This document shows, one piece after another, positions 1 through 10,095 of a stretch of 64,000 bases of DNA. Position 1 is the first letter of the stretch. Every line of letters starts with the position of its first letter. A model generated the notes under the pieces. It had not been told where the DNA came from. It did no database searches and saw only the letters and a program-made list of their open reading frames with translations. The position numbers and the translations under genes are program-made. This stretch comes from an uncultured Actinomycetes bacterium (GTDB lineage Bacteria; Actinomycetota; Thermoleophilia; UBA2241), in the NCBI GenBank assembly GCA_963767005.1, contig CAVYCN010000018.1:1-64000 (forward strand), written 5' to 3'.

Positions 1-1
1 C

Positions 2-1522
2 AACGGTAACTGCGAGCTCCAGGCCCTGGCCGAAGAGTACGGCGTCACGCACTTCCGTTTCGGTCACCCCGAGGCGCCGGTCGCCCTGGTCGACGACTCG
101 AGCTACTCGGTCGTGCGCGACATGAACAAGTGCATCCGCTGCCGGCGCTGCGTGCGCACCTGCATCGACCTGCAGGAGGTCGGCGTCCTCGAGGCGCGCA
201 ACCGCAGCGACCAGGTCGAGATCACGACCTTCGGCGACCGCCCGCTGGGCGAGGTCGTCTGCATCAACTGCGGCCAGTGCATCAACCGCTGCCCCACCGG
301 CGCGCTCTACGCCAAAGACGAGACCGATGCCGTCTGGGCCGCGATCGACGACCCCGACAAGCACGTGGTCATCCAGACCGCTCCGGCGCCGCGCTCGGCG
401 ATGGGCGAGTGCTTCGGCCTCGAGCCGGGCACCGGCGTGACCTTCCAGATGAACACCGCCCTGCGGCGGGCCGGCTTCGACCGCGTGTTCGACACCAACT
501 TCACGGCCGACCTCACCATCATCGAAGAGGGCACCGAGCTGCTCATTCGCCTCTACAAGGCGCTCGTCGAGAAGGACGCCAGCATCGCCCTGCCGCAGTT
601 CACGAGCTGCTCGCCGGGCTGGGTGAAGTTCCTCGAGCATTTCTATCCCGAGTACCTGCCGAACGCCTCGTCTGCCAAGAGCCCGCAGCAGATGTTCGGC
701 GCGCTCATCAAGACCTACTACGCCGAGAAGCTGGGCTACGACCCCGCCAACATCGTGAGCGTCGCCCTCATGCCCTGCTCGGCCAAGAAGTTCGAGTGCA
801 ACCGGCCCGAGATGCACGACTCCGGCTACAAGGACGTCGACTACGGCCTCACCACCCGTGAGCTCGCCAAGATGTTCAAGGAAGCCGGCCTCGACGTGCC
901 GAACCTGCCGACGTCGGATTTCGACGACCCGTTCGGCACGGCCACCGGCTCGGGCGTGATCTTCGGCGCCACCGGCGGCGTCATGGAGGCCGCCCTGCGG
1001 ACCGTCATCGAGTTGGTCACCGGCGAGAAGGTCGAGAGCATCTACGACCACGGCGACATCATCCCGGTACGCGGCTTCGAGGGCGTCAAGTACGCCGAGA
1101 TCACGATCCCCAAGGTCGGCCCGGTGCCCGAGATCGTGGCGCACCTCGTGCCCGACTGGCAGTGGCTCGACGGCGTCACCGTGAAGGTCGCCGTCGCTCA
1201 CGGCACCGCCAACGCCAAGAAGGTCATGGACGACATCAAGGCCGGCGGCATGTTCAGCCAGTGCCACTTCATCGAGTTCATGGCCTGCCCGGGCGGCTGC
1301 CTGGGCGGCGGCGGCCAGCCGATCCCGACGAGCGACGCGATCCGCGCGGCGCGCGCCAGGGTGATCTACGCCGAGGACGCTTCGTATGCGGTGCGCAAGT
1401 CGCACGAGAACCCGGCCGTGCTGCAGACCTATGCCGAGTTCCTGACCGACGGGCCCTGCGGCCACAAGAGCCACGAGCTGCTGCACACGACCTACACGGC
1501 GCGCGGCAAGTTCATGGAGTAG
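2..1522 (+). CDS. hydA: [FeFe]-hydrogenase catalytic subunit (HydA/HndD-like), 5'-truncated by the window edge
   Basis: The frame is open from base 2 (NGNCELQALA...). It has two 4Fe-4S motifs (CIRCRRC, CINCGQC) and the H-cluster motifs FTSCSPGW, MPCSAKKFE and EFMACPGGCLGGGGQP. Confidence 0.95.
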   Translation, partial: NGNCELQALAEEYGVTHFRFGHPEAPVALVDDSSYSVVRDMNKCIRCRRCVRTCIDLQEVGVLEARNRSDQVEITTFGDRPLGEVVCINCGQCINRCPTGALYAKDETDAVWAAIDDPDKHVVIQTAPAPRSAMGECFGLEPGTGVTFQMNTALRRAGFDRVFDTNFTADLTIIEEGTELLIRLYKALVEKDASIALPQFTSCSPGWVKFLEHFYPEYLPNASSAKSPQQMFGALIKTYYAEKLGYDPANIVSVALMPCSAKKFECNRPEMHDSGYKDVDYGLTTRELAKMFKEAGLDVPNLPTSDFDDPFGTATGSGVIFGATGGVMEAALRTVIELVTGEKVESIYDHGDIIPVRGFEGVKYAEITIPKVGPVPEIVAHLVPDWQWLDGVTVKVAVAHGTANAKKVMDDIKAGGMFSQCHFIEFMACPGGCLGGGGQPIPTSDAIRAARARVIYAEDASYAVRKSHENPAVLQTYAEFLTDGPCGHKSHELLHTTYTARGKFME

Positions 1523-1686
1523 GCGGGCGACGACGTCACGCCGGCCTGAGCGGCGACGACGCAGTCGTTCGCCGCAGTGAGCAGCACGCGGGGGGCGCGG
1601 GCGCCTGCGGCGCCCGCGCCCCCCGCGTGCGCGCCGGCGACCCGGCCGGCGCAGCGCGGCAGAAAAAGCCGACATCGGCGGTAGGA

Positions 1687-1706
1687 AACACCGTCGCGAT
1701 GGTGTT
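1687..1706. promoter_or_regulatory. Near-perfect 20-bp palindrome, candidate operator
   Basis: AACACCGTCG/CGATGGTGTT has one mismatch and lies in the hydA-kinase intergenic region. Confidence 0.35.
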
Positions 1707-1780
1707 AACCTTGCAGGGAATGCCGGCGGCAGGCGCACACGCGCGCCGCAAGGAGCTTGCCCCCCACCGGCTGCGGCCTC

Positions 1781-3142
1781 ATGAGCGACGAACCGACGAC
1801 AACCGACACAGCCCTGCCCGCGCCCGAGGCGGACTCGCTGCGCTACTTCGACCTCTACCGCGATCCCACCGGCATCGTCCCGCTCACGGCCGACGAGCGC
1901 GCCACGCTGCGCCTCGTCAACCAGCGAGTCGCCGCGCTGCCCACGCTCGAGGACGTGATCGACCTGCTGTTCGAGCGTACGGCCGGCATCTTCCCCTTCG
2001 ACCGCATCGGCCTGTCGTTCGTCGAGGAGGCCGGCCGGCGGGTCGTGTCGCGCTACGTCAAGACGAGCTACGAGCGCGTCTACCTGAGCCAGGGCTACAG
2101 CGAGGACCTGCACGGCAGCTCGCTCGAACGCGTCCTGCACCAGGGCACGCCGCGCATCATCGACGACCTCGAGCGCTACCTGGCCGAGCACCCGCACAGC
2201 CGCTCCACCAGGCTGCTCGTGCGCGAGGGCCTGCGCTCGAGCCTCACCTGCCCGCTGATCGTCGAGGGCCGCATCGTCGGCTTCATGTTCCGCAGCTCGC
2301 GCGAGGCCGGCGCCTATGACCTGCACCACGTCGAGCTGCAGATGGCCCTGACCGAGCGCCTGAGCCAGGCGGTCGAGAAGGCCTGGCGCATCGAGCAGCT
2401 CACGACCGCGAACCGCAACTACTTCGAGATGCTGGGCTTCGTGAGCCACGAGCTCAAGAACCCGGTGGCCTCGATGGTGACCGACGCCCGCATCCTGGCC
2501 GACGGCTACCTCGGGCCCCTCGAGCAGCGCCAGAAGGACAAGCTCGAGCGGCTCATCGCCAAGGGCGAGTACCTGCTCGACCTGGTGCGCGAGTACCTCG
2601 ACCTGGCGCGCGTCGAGGGCGGCGAGCTGCGGGTCGCGCTGCAGTGCGCCGTGCCCTTCGTCGAGAAGGTCGTCGAACCGGCGCTCGACGTCATGCGGCC
2701 CCAGATCGAGCGCGCCGGCATGAAGCTCGAGACCGAGCTGCCCGACGCCGCGGCCGCCGCCGACTGCGACCCCGCTCTGCTCACGATCGTCCTCGTGAAC
2801 CTGCTCGGCAACGCCGTGCGTTACGGCCGGTCCGGCGGCCGGCTGCGGCTCGGCGTCCAGCTCGAGCCGCGGCGCCTGCGGGCGACGATCTGGAACGAGG
2901 GGCCGGGTTTCACCCGGGCCGAGCGCGCCGGCCTGTTCCGCAAGTTCTCCAGGCTGCACACGCCGAGCGCCGACCAACGGCGGGGCACTGGCCTCGGCCT
3001 GTACAATTCGTGGCGGATCGTACAGCTCCACCACGGCCACATCCGCGCCGACGCCCGGCCCGACGAGTGGGCCGAGTTCACCTTCGAGATCCCGCAACCG
3101 CTCTGCGCGGCCGACGTCGCCGACGAGCCCGGACCCGAGTAA
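1781..3142 (+). CDS. Cytoplasmic GAF-domain sensor histidine kinase
   Basis: GAF domain, H-box FVSHELKNP, N-box NLLGNAVRY and G-box GTGLGL; no transmembrane segments. I chose the ATG at 1781 as the start. Confidence 0.88.
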   Translation: MSDEPTTTDTALPAPEADSLRYFDLYRDPTGIVPLTADERATLRLVNQRVAALPTLEDVIDLLFERTAGIFPFDRIGLSFVEEAGRRVVSRYVKTSYERVYLSQGYSEDLHGSSLERVLHQGTPRIIDDLERYLAEHPHSRSTRLLVREGLRSSLTCPLIVEGRIVGFMFRSSREAGAYDLHHVELQMALTERLSQAVEKAWRIEQLTTANRNYFEMLGFVSHELKNPVASMVTDARILADGYLGPLEQRQKDKLERLIAKGEYLLDLVREYLDLARVEGGELRVALQCAVPFVEKVVEPALDVMRPQIERAGMKLETELPDAAAAADCDPALLTIVLVNLLGNAVRYGRSGGRLRLGVQLEPRRLRATIWNEGPGFTRAERAGLFRKFSRLHTPSADQRRGTGLGLYNSWRIVQLHHGHIRADARPDEWAEFTFEIPQPLCAADVADEPGPE

Positions 3143-3158
3143 GTGAGATGAGCAACCC

Positions 3159-4568
3159 ATGAGCACGAAGACTGAGACACCGCCCGCCACCTTCATCGAC
3201 GAGGGCGCCATCATCACGGCGCTGATCGCGGGCGCGCGCGCCGACGCCGGCCGCATCCGCGAGATCCTGGCCAAGGCCGGCGAAGCCAGGGGCCTCGAGC
3301 TCGACGAGGTCGCCGCCCTCACCACGATCAGCGACCCCGACCTGCTCGGCGAGCTGTTCACCACCGCCCGCGCGGTCAAAGAGGACATCTACGGCAAGCG
3401 CCTCGTCCTCTTCGCGCCGCTCTACGTGTCGAACCTGTGCGACAACGACTGCCTGTACTGCGCCTTCCGGGTGCGCAACAAGGAGCTCAAGCGCCGTGCC
3501 CTCACACAGGACGAGATCCGCCGCGAGATCGAGATCCTGGTCGACCAGGGCCACAAGCGCGTGCTGCTCGTGGCCGGCGAGTCGTACCCCAAGCAGAACG
3601 GCTTTCAGTACGTGCTCGACTCGGTCGCCACGATCTACGACGTGCACCGCGGCAACGGCGAGATCCGCCGCGTCAACGTCAACATCGCGCCGCTCGCCGT
3701 CGACGAGTTCCGCGCGCTCAAGGCCGCGGGCATCGGCACCTACCAGCTCTTCCAGGAGACCTACCACCGCGAGACCTACCGCAAGGTCCACCTCGGCGGC
3801 CGCAAGCGCGACTACGACTGGCGCGTGACGGCCATGGACCGCGCCATGGAGGGCGGCATCGACGACGTCGGCATCGGCGTGCTCTTCGGCCTCTTCGACT
3901 GGCGCTTCGAGATCCTCGCCATCCTGCAGCACATCCACCACCTCGAGCAGGCGTTCGGCGTGGGGCCGCACACGATCAGCATGCCGCGCCTCGAGCCCGC
4001 CATCGGCTCCGACATCGCCAGCCAGCCGCCGCACCCGGTGCCCGACCTCGACTTTCGCAAGCTGGTCGCCATCACGCGCCTCGCGGTGCCCTACACCGGC
4101 ATGATCCTGAGCACGCGCGAGGAGCCCAACCTGCGGCGCGAGACGTTCGCCATGGGCATCTCGCAGATCTCGGCCGGCAGCCGCACCAACCCCGGCGGCT
4201 ACACCGACGACACGGTGGCCGACATGGAGCAGTTCCAGCTCGGCGACCACCGCACCCTCGACGACGTCATCCGCGACGTTGCTCAGATGGGCTACATCCC
4301 GTCGTTCTGCACGGCCTGCTACCGCCTGGGCCGCACCGGTGGCGACTTCATGGACCTCGCCAAGCCCGGCGAGATCAAGCACCACTGCGACCCGAACGCG
4401 CTGTCGACGCTGCTCGAGTACCTCGAGGACTACGGCTCGCCCGAGACCAGGGCGGTCGGCCAGCGCCTGATCGACGAGACGCTCGCCGGCATGGCCGAGC
4501 GCGAACGCACGACCTCGCAGCGGCTGCTCGAGCAGATCCGCGCCGGCGAGCGCGACTGCCTGGTGTAG
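3159..4568 (+). CDS. hydG: [FeFe]-hydrogenase maturase HydG (radical SAM)
   Basis: CDNDCLYC radical SAM motif, FQETYH, and the C-terminal PSFCTACYR...C auxiliary cluster motif. Confidence 0.95.
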   Translation: MSTKTETPPATFIDEGAIITALIAGARADAGRIREILAKAGEARGLELDEVAALTTISDPDLLGELFTTARAVKEDIYGKRLVLFAPLYVSNLCDNDCLYCAFRVRNKELKRRALTQDEIRREIEILVDQGHKRVLLVAGESYPKQNGFQYVLDSVATIYDVHRGNGEIRRVNVNIAPLAVDEFRALKAAGIGTYQLFQETYHRETYRKVHLGGRKRDYDWRVTAMDRAMEGGIDDVGIGVLFGLFDWRFEILAILQHIHHLEQAFGVGPHTISMPRLEPAIGSDIASQPPHPVPDLDFRKLVAITRLAVPYTGMILSTREEPNLRRETFAMGISQISAGSRTNPGGYTDDTVADMEQFQLGDHRTLDDVIRDVAQMGYIPSFCTACYRLGRTGGDFMDLAKPGEIKHHCDPNALSTLLEYLEDYGSPETRAVGQRLIDETLAGMAERERTTSQRLLEQIRAGERDCLV

Positions 4569-4592
4569 AGATAGAAGGAGGGAAACGAGCAC

Positions 4593-4865
4593 ATGAGCGA
4601 CGACACCCACAAGATCCTGGCCGTCCACCTGACCGACCGCGTCGTCGAGGCCACGAAGGTGCAGGCGGTGTTCACCGAGTACGGCTGCAACATCAAGACA
4701 CGCGTCGGCCTGCACGACGTGGCGGGCGACTACTGCGCGCCCGGCGGCGTCATCATCCTCGAGCTCGTCGGCCCCGACGGCATCACCGACGAGCTCGCCG
4801 GTCGCCTGAGCGCCGTCGGCGGGGTCGAGACGAAGGTGATCGAGTTCCCGCACGGCCAGGAGTAA
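4593..4865 (+). CDS. Small ACT-like iron-only hydrogenase system regulator (TM1266-like)
   Basis: 90 aa with VQAVFTEYGCNIKTRVGLH; strong GGAGG RBS; typical position after hydG. Confidence 0.75.
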   Translation: MSDDTHKILAVHLTDRVVEATKVQAVFTEYGCNIKTRVGLHDVAGDYCAPGGVIILELVGPDGITDELAGRLSAVGGVETKVIEFPHGQE

Positions 4866-4892
4866 CCGGCCCGGGCAGCAAACGGAGACGAT

Positions 4893-6392
4893 GTGAGCGA
4901 CGAGCGCCAGACCACGCAGAGGGGCATCGATCAGCGCGCCGGCGGCGTAGGCGACCAGGGTGCCCGCGACGGCACGCGCACCGAGGCCGACCTGCTCGGC
5001 GAGGTGAGCGTGCCGGGCGCCGCGCTCTACGGCGCGCACACCGCGCGGGCCCTGGCCAACTTCGGCCTCGCCGGCCGGCCGGTGCACGGCGAGCTCGTGC
5101 GTGCCTTCGGCACGATCAAGCTCGCCGCCGCCCTGGTCAACCGCGACCTCGGCGTGTGGGCCGACGACCCGGGCAAGGCGGACGCGATCGAGCGCGCCTG
5201 CCGCGAGGTCGCCGACGGCCTGCACGACGACGACGTCGTCGTCGACCTGCTGCAGGGCGGCGCCGGCACCTCGACCAACATGAACGTGAGCGAGGTGATC
5301 GCCAACCGCGCGCTCGAGCTGCTCGGCGAGCCGCGCGGCGCCTACGGGCGCGTCTCGCCGCTCGACGACGTCAACCTGCACCAGTCGACCAACGACACCT
5401 TCCCGACCGCGCTGCGCCTGGCCGCCATCCGCCTGCTGCACGCGCTCGAGGAGCAGGTGCTGACGCTGCAGGAGGCCTTCCAGGTCAAGGAGAAGGAGTT
5501 CGCCCACGTCGTCAAGGTGGGGCGCACCCAGTACCAGGACGCCGTGCTCATCACCCTGGGCCGCGAGATGGCCGCCTACGCCGAGGCCCTGAACCGCGAC
5601 CGCTGGCGCATCTACAAATGCGAGGAGCGCCTGCGCGTCGTGAACCTCGGCGGCACGGCGATCGGCACCGGCTTCGCCGCCCCGCGGCAGTACATCTTCC
5701 GCGTCGTCGACGTGCTGCGCGAGCTCACCGGGGTAGGCTTCGCCCGCGCCGAGAACCTGACCGAGGCCACGCAGAACGCCGACGTCTTCGTCGAGGTGTC
5801 GGGCATCGTCAAGGCCTGCGCCACGACCCTGCTCAAGGTCTGCTCCGACCTGCGCCTGCTGTCGAGCGGCCCCGAGGCCGGCCTCGGCGAGATCAGGCTG
5901 CCGGCCCGCCAGGCCGGCTCGTCGATCATGCCGGGCAAGGTGAACCCCGTGATCCCCGAGGCGGTCAGCCAGGCCGCCATGCTGGTGATGGGCTACGACG
6001 GCGTGATCGCCCAGGCGGCCGCCGCCGGCAGCCTCGAGCTGAACGCCTTCCTGCCGCTCGTCGCCGCCTGCCTGCTCGACTCGCTGCTGCTGCTCGAGCG
6101 CGCCTGCGCGAGCCTGCGGCGCGACTGCGTCGAGGGTATCGAGGCCGACGAGGCCGCCTGCCGGCGCCACGTCGAGGCCTCGTCGGCCGCCGCCACCGCG
6201 CTCGTGCCCGAGATCGGCTACGACGCCGCCTGTGCCGTGGTGAAGGCCGCGACCGAGCGCGGCGTAAGCGTGCGCGAGGCGGCGGTCGGCGGCGACGTCG
6301 TCGCCGCCGACCGCTTCGACGAGTTGCTGTCGGCCGAGGCGGTCTGCCGCCTCGGCACGCCGGCGCCGCTCGCCAGGAGCGCCGAGGAATGA
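4893..6392 (+). CDS. aspA: Aspartate ammonia-lyase (fumarase/aspartase superfamily)
   Basis: QGGAGTSTNMN, QSTND, GRTQYQDA and the GSSIMPGKVNP signature. Confidence 0.9.
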   Translation: MSDERQTTQRGIDQRAGGVGDQGARDGTRTEADLLGEVSVPGAALYGAHTARALANFGLAGRPVHGELVRAFGTIKLAAALVNRDLGVWADDPGKADAIERACREVADGLHDDDVVVDLLQGGAGTSTNMNVSEVIANRALELLGEPRGAYGRVSPLDDVNLHQSTNDTFPTALRLAAIRLLHALEEQVLTLQEAFQVKEKEFAHVVKVGRTQYQDAVLITLGREMAAYAEALNRDRWRIYKCEERLRVVNLGGTAIGTGFAAPRQYIFRVVDVLRELTGVGFARAENLTEATQNADVFVEVSGIVKACATTLLKVCSDLRLLSSGPEAGLGEIRLPARQAGSSIMPGKVNPVIPEAVSQAAMLVMGYDGVIAQAAAAGSLELNAFLPLVAACLLDSLLLLERACASLRRDCVEGIEADEAACRRHVEASSAAATALVPEIGYDAACAVVKAATERGVSVREAAVGGDVVAADRFDELLSAEAVCRLGTPAPLARSAEE

Positions 6393-6408
6393 CCGGAGGC
6401 ACGCGATC

Positions 6409-7719
6409 ATGAGCATGATGGGCGCCCCCAGGGGCATGCGCCTGCACATCGGCCTGTTCGGCCGCCGCAACGTCGGCAAGTCGAGCCTGCTGAACGCGAT
6501 CACGCGCCAGGACGTCTCGATCGTCTCCGACCAGGCCGGCACCACGACCGATCCCGTCGAGAAGCCCATGGAACTGCTGCCGCTCGGCCCCGTGCTGTTC
6601 ATCGACACCGCCGGCATCGACGACGTCGGCGCCCTCGGCGAGCTGCGCGCGGCGCGCACCCTGCAGGTCTTCGAGCGCACCGACCTGGGCGTGCTCGTGA
6701 CGGTCGCCGACGAGTGGGGCGACTACGAGGACATGATCCTCAAGGAGCTCTTCGCGCGGCAGATCCCGACCGTCGTCGTCTTCAACAAGTGCGACCTCGC
6801 GACGCCGCCGCCGGTCCGCGAGGAGCGGCTGCTCGAGGGTGGCTGCAAGGTGGTGCGGGCGGCGGCGGCGCTGGGTCGCGGCGTGCTCGATTTTCGCCAG
6901 GCGCTGCTCGCGGCGGCGCCGGCCGACTTCGTCGACAACCCGACGATCCTCGGCGACCTCGTCGGGCCGGGCGAGCTCGCCGTGCTCGTCGTGCCGATCG
7001 ACAAGGAGGCGCCGCGCGGCCGCCTGATCCTGCCTCAGGTGCAGGCCATCCGCGACCTCATGGACTCCGACGCCATGGCTCTCGTCGTCAAGGAGCGCGA
7101 GCTCAGAGAGGCGATCGGCCGCCTGAACCGGCCACCGCGCCTCGTCGTCACCGACTCGCAGGCGTTCCTGAAGGTGGCCGCCGACACGCCGCCCGAGGTG
7201 CCGATGACGAGCTTCTCGATCCTCTTCGCGCGCTTCAAGGGCGACCTCACCACGCAGGTCGCCGGCGCCCTCGCGATCGAGGAGCTGGGCTCGGGCGACC
7301 GCATCCTGATCGCCGAGCACTGCAGCCACCACCCGATCGGCGAGGACATCGGCCGCGTCAAGATCCCGCGCTGGCTCACCCAGTACGTGGGCGGCAAGCT
7401 CGAAGTCGACCACGTGCAGGGCCACGACTTTCCCGACGCCGAGGCGCTCGCCGCCTACCGCCTGGTCATCCACTGCGGCGCCTGCACCGCGAACCGGCGC
7501 GAGATGCTGAGCCGTATCGTGCGCTGCCGCGAGGCCGGCGTGCCGATCACCAACTACGGCCTCGTGATCGCCTACAGCCTCGGCATCTTCGAGCGCGCCC
7601 TCGAGCCCTTCCCGGCGGCCCTCGACGTGGTGCGCCACGCCCGCACCCACGGCGTTCCGAGCTTCGCTCCGGCGGCCACGGCGGCCGCCGTCGGCGACAC
7701 GCCGGTCGACGACCTGTAG
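6409..7719 (+). CDS. hydF: [FeFe]-hydrogenase maturation GTPase HydF
   Basis: GRRNVGKS P-loop, GTTTDPV, DTAG, NKCD, and the cluster ligands EHCSHH and HCGAC. Confidence 0.95.
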   Translation: MSMMGAPRGMRLHIGLFGRRNVGKSSLLNAITRQDVSIVSDQAGTTTDPVEKPMELLPLGPVLFIDTAGIDDVGALGELRAARTLQVFERTDLGVLVTVADEWGDYEDMILKELFARQIPTVVVFNKCDLATPPPVREERLLEGGCKVVRAAAALGRGVLDFRQALLAAAPADFVDNPTILGDLVGPGELAVLVVPIDKEAPRGRLILPQVQAIRDLMDSDAMALVVKERELREAIGRLNRPPRLVVTDSQAFLKVAADTPPEVPMTSFSILFARFKGDLTTQVAGALAIEELGSGDRILIAEHCSHHPIGEDIGRVKIPRWLTQYVGGKLEVDHVQGHDFPDAEALAAYRLVIHCGACTANRREMLSRIVRCREAGVPITNYGLVIAYSLGIFERALEPFPAALDVVRHARTHGVPSFAPAATAAAVGDTPVDDL

Positions 7720-7854
7720 CCCGTTCGCCCGCCACGGCCGCGCTCCGGCCGGTGCTCGGAGAGGCGCGCCGCGCAGTCCGGGGCCGACACGCCGACCCGC
7801 TCACCGGCACGGTGGCGCGAGCGGGCACGATTCGAGTACAATCTGGCTTCGCGT

Positions 7855-7931
<77 letters not shown>

Positions 7932-8010
7932 GCTTCAGCCCCCGCCCCGCCGACCCCCCCCGCGCCCCCGCTGACGACGAGGCTCACGCCTCACCTCTCC
8001 TCACGTCGCG

Positions 8011-8484
8011 TCAGGTCGCCTGCGAGCTCAGCTCGACCCGCTCGACGACGATCGTCTCCCCCAGCTCGACGAGCGCGACGCTGCGCGGCAGCCCGAAGCG
8101 TGCCGCGCCGGCCGCGCCGGGGTTCAGGTAGAGCACACCGTCCTCGCGCGTCTCGGCGAAGCGGTGCGAATGACCGGTGATCACCACGTCGTAGCCCTCG
8201 AGCGCCGGAGCATGGTGCCCCAGCAGCGCCGTCTTCACGTGGCCGACGAGCACGCGCCGGCCGGCGACCTCGAGGGTCGCCTCCTCGGGCAGCCGCTCGG
8301 CGCCGCAAAAGCCGTCGACGTTGCCGCGCACCGCCGTGACGGGGGCGATCGCCGCCAGCTCGCTGAGCACGTCGGCCGCGCCCACGTCGCCGGCGTGCAC
8401 GATGCGCTCGACGCCGGCGAACACGTCGCGCAGGCGCGGATCGAAGCGTCCGTGCGTGTCCGACACCACACCGAGCCTTGTCAC
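8011..8484 (-). CDS. YfcE/MJ0936-family metallophosphoesterase
   Basis: SDTHG, HAGD, RGNVD, GHSH and NPGA motifs. Confidence 0.9.
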   Translation of the reverse strand: MTRLGVVSDTHGRFDPRLRDVFAGVERIVHAGDVGAADVLSELAAIAPVTAVRGNVDGFCGAERLPEEATLEVAGRRVLVGHVKTALLGHHAPALEGYDVVITGHSHRFAETREDGVLYLNPGAAGAARFGLPRSVALVELGETIVVERVELSSQAT

Positions 8485-8602
8485 CCGGTCAGCCTCCTTG
8501 CCGTAGAGCCGTCCGCAAGCTTATCCGCCGGCGAGCCGCGGCGCCTCTCCTCTGCCGCTCACGCCGCGGCTGAGCGGCGCCCGGGTCCCGTCGAGCTCGA
8601 GA

Positions 8603-9244
8603 TCATCCCTCGCCGTGCGCCGGTCCGAGCGCGCCGTGGCTCAGCTCCTCCTCGTCGTCGCCGGCGGCGCGCCGCGCCAGGACGAAGACGAGGTCGGACG
8701 CCCGGTTGACATAACTCAGCACGGCGTCGCTCACGGCCGCTCCCGCCTCGAGGGCGGCCACCAGGCGCCGCTCCGCGGTGCGCAGACGGCCGCGCGCGAC
8801 ATCGAGGGCGGCCGACGCCGGGCCGGCGCCGGGCACGACGAACGCGGGCCGCAGCGGGTGCTCGTCCAGCAGGCGGTCGATCGACTCCTCGAGCTCGGCC
8901 GTCATCGCCGCGCTCACGAGCGAGACCCCCGGCTGGAGCCGATCGCGCGCCCGGGGCGCGGCGGCGACGTCGGCGGCGACCACGAACAGGCCGCGCTGCA
9001 GGGCGAGGACGAGCGCGCCGAGCCGGGCCGGCCCGTGCTCGTCGCCGGCCGCGGCGCCGGTTCCGGCGCCGGCCACACGGTCGGCCAGCAGCGCGCGTGC
9101 CAGGCCAAGGGCGGCGACCGCCTCGTCGAGCGCCCCCACGGCCTCGATCACGGGGTCGGTCTTCGACACCCGCCCGCCGAACAGCAGGCCGGTCGTGCCG
9201 TCGTCGCCGGTCTTCGTGGAAAGCGGCGCGCGATCGTCGCCCAT
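8603..9244 (-). CDS. pduO: PduO-type cob(I)alamin adenosyltransferase
   Basis: TKTGDDGTTGL, GALDEA, RTAERR and YVNRASDLVF motifs; start at ATG 9244. Confidence 0.88.
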   Translation of the reverse strand: MGDDRAPLSTKTGDDGTTGLLFGGRVSKTDPVIEAVGALDEAVAALGLARALLADRVAGAGTGAAAGDEHGPARLGALVLALQRGLFVVAADVAAAPRARDRLQPGVSLVSAAMTAELEESIDRLLDEHPLRPAFVVPGAGPASAALDVARGRLRTAERRLVAALEAGAAVSDAVLSYVNRASDLVFVLARRAAGDDEEELSHGALGPAHGEG

Positions 9245-9248
9245 CTCA

Positions 9249-10016
9249 TCACCTCGTGACATCGGCCTGGGGCGCGGCGTCGCGCCAGGGCTGCGGCTCA
9301 AGGAAGAACGCCTCGGTGCGCACGGCGGCCGGCCGCGCGCCCAGCGCGCGCACGGCCGCCCCGCAGGCGTGCACGAACCCCGGCGCACCGGCGACGAACA
9401 CGTCGGCGCCGGCCGGCGCCACGCCGAGGTCTGACAGCAGGCCGGGCAGCACGTCGGGCACGCGGCCGAGCGGCGGGGGGCCGCTCTCCTGTGTGAGCGT
9501 GCGGCGGTACCGGAAGCGCGGCACGCGCTGCGCCCAGGCGGCGAGCGGCCCGGCGTCGATCACGTCGGCCTCGGTCCGGGCCGAGAACAGCAGGGCAAGC
9601 GACGAGCGCCGCCGCGCCGCCAGGGCGGCCTCGAGCAACGCCTGGACCGGCGCGAGACCGGCGCCGGCGGCCAGGTAGAGGGCCGGCGCCGTGGCGTGCG
9701 GGTCGTCGACGAACGTGCCGAAGGGGCCCGAGACCGCCACCTCGTCGCCGACGGCGAGACCGTCGTGGACCCAGTTGCTGATCGCTCCCTCCGCCACGCG
9801 AGCGACCAGGAGCGACAGCAGGCCGTCGAGTCGCGGTGCGTTTGCCACCGAGTACGAGCGCGGCGGCAGCAGGCCGCCCGCGTCGCCCAGTTGCACGTAC
9901 TGGCCGGGGCGGAACGCGAGCGCGGCGCCGAGCGGCCGCAGCCAGACGCGACGGATGCTCGGCGTCGTGGCCACGGCCGCGACGACCTCGAACGCGCTAT
10001 CCCTCACGACCATCAT
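9249..10016 (-). CDS. FAD/NAD(P)-binding oxidoreductase (ferredoxin-reductase/flavin-reductase-like)
   Basis: FRPGQY, RSYS, GAISNW, GPFG and AAGAGLAP motifs; start uncertain. Confidence 0.82.
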   Translation of the reverse strand: MMVVRDSAFEVVAAVATTPSIRRVWLRPLGAALAFRPGQYVQLGDAGGLLPPRSYSVANAPRLDGLLSLLVARVAEGAISNWVHDGLAVGDEVAVSGPFGTFVDDPHATAPALYLAAGAGLAPVQALLEAALAARRRSSLALLFSARTEADVIDAGPLAAWAQRVPRFRYRRTLTQESGPPPLGRVPDVLPGLLSDLGVAPAGADVFVAGAPGFVHACGAAVRALGARPAAVRTEAFFLEPQPWRDAAPQADVTR

Positions 10017-10095
10017 AGGTGCCCTCGGTGTTCCCAGATCGGGGCCGACCGTCTCCATCGTGAGCGCGCAGCGGCGGGCTGGTAGAATCGCCGGC

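Noticed and set aside
3078-6680. Very long alternative ORFs (e.g. 1200 aa at 3078-6680 minus, 999 aa at 16614-19613, 942 aa at 30845-33673, 821 aa at 57557-60022)
   Set aside because: They are shadow frames of well-supported genes, caused by high GC and few stop codons, and they have no motifs.
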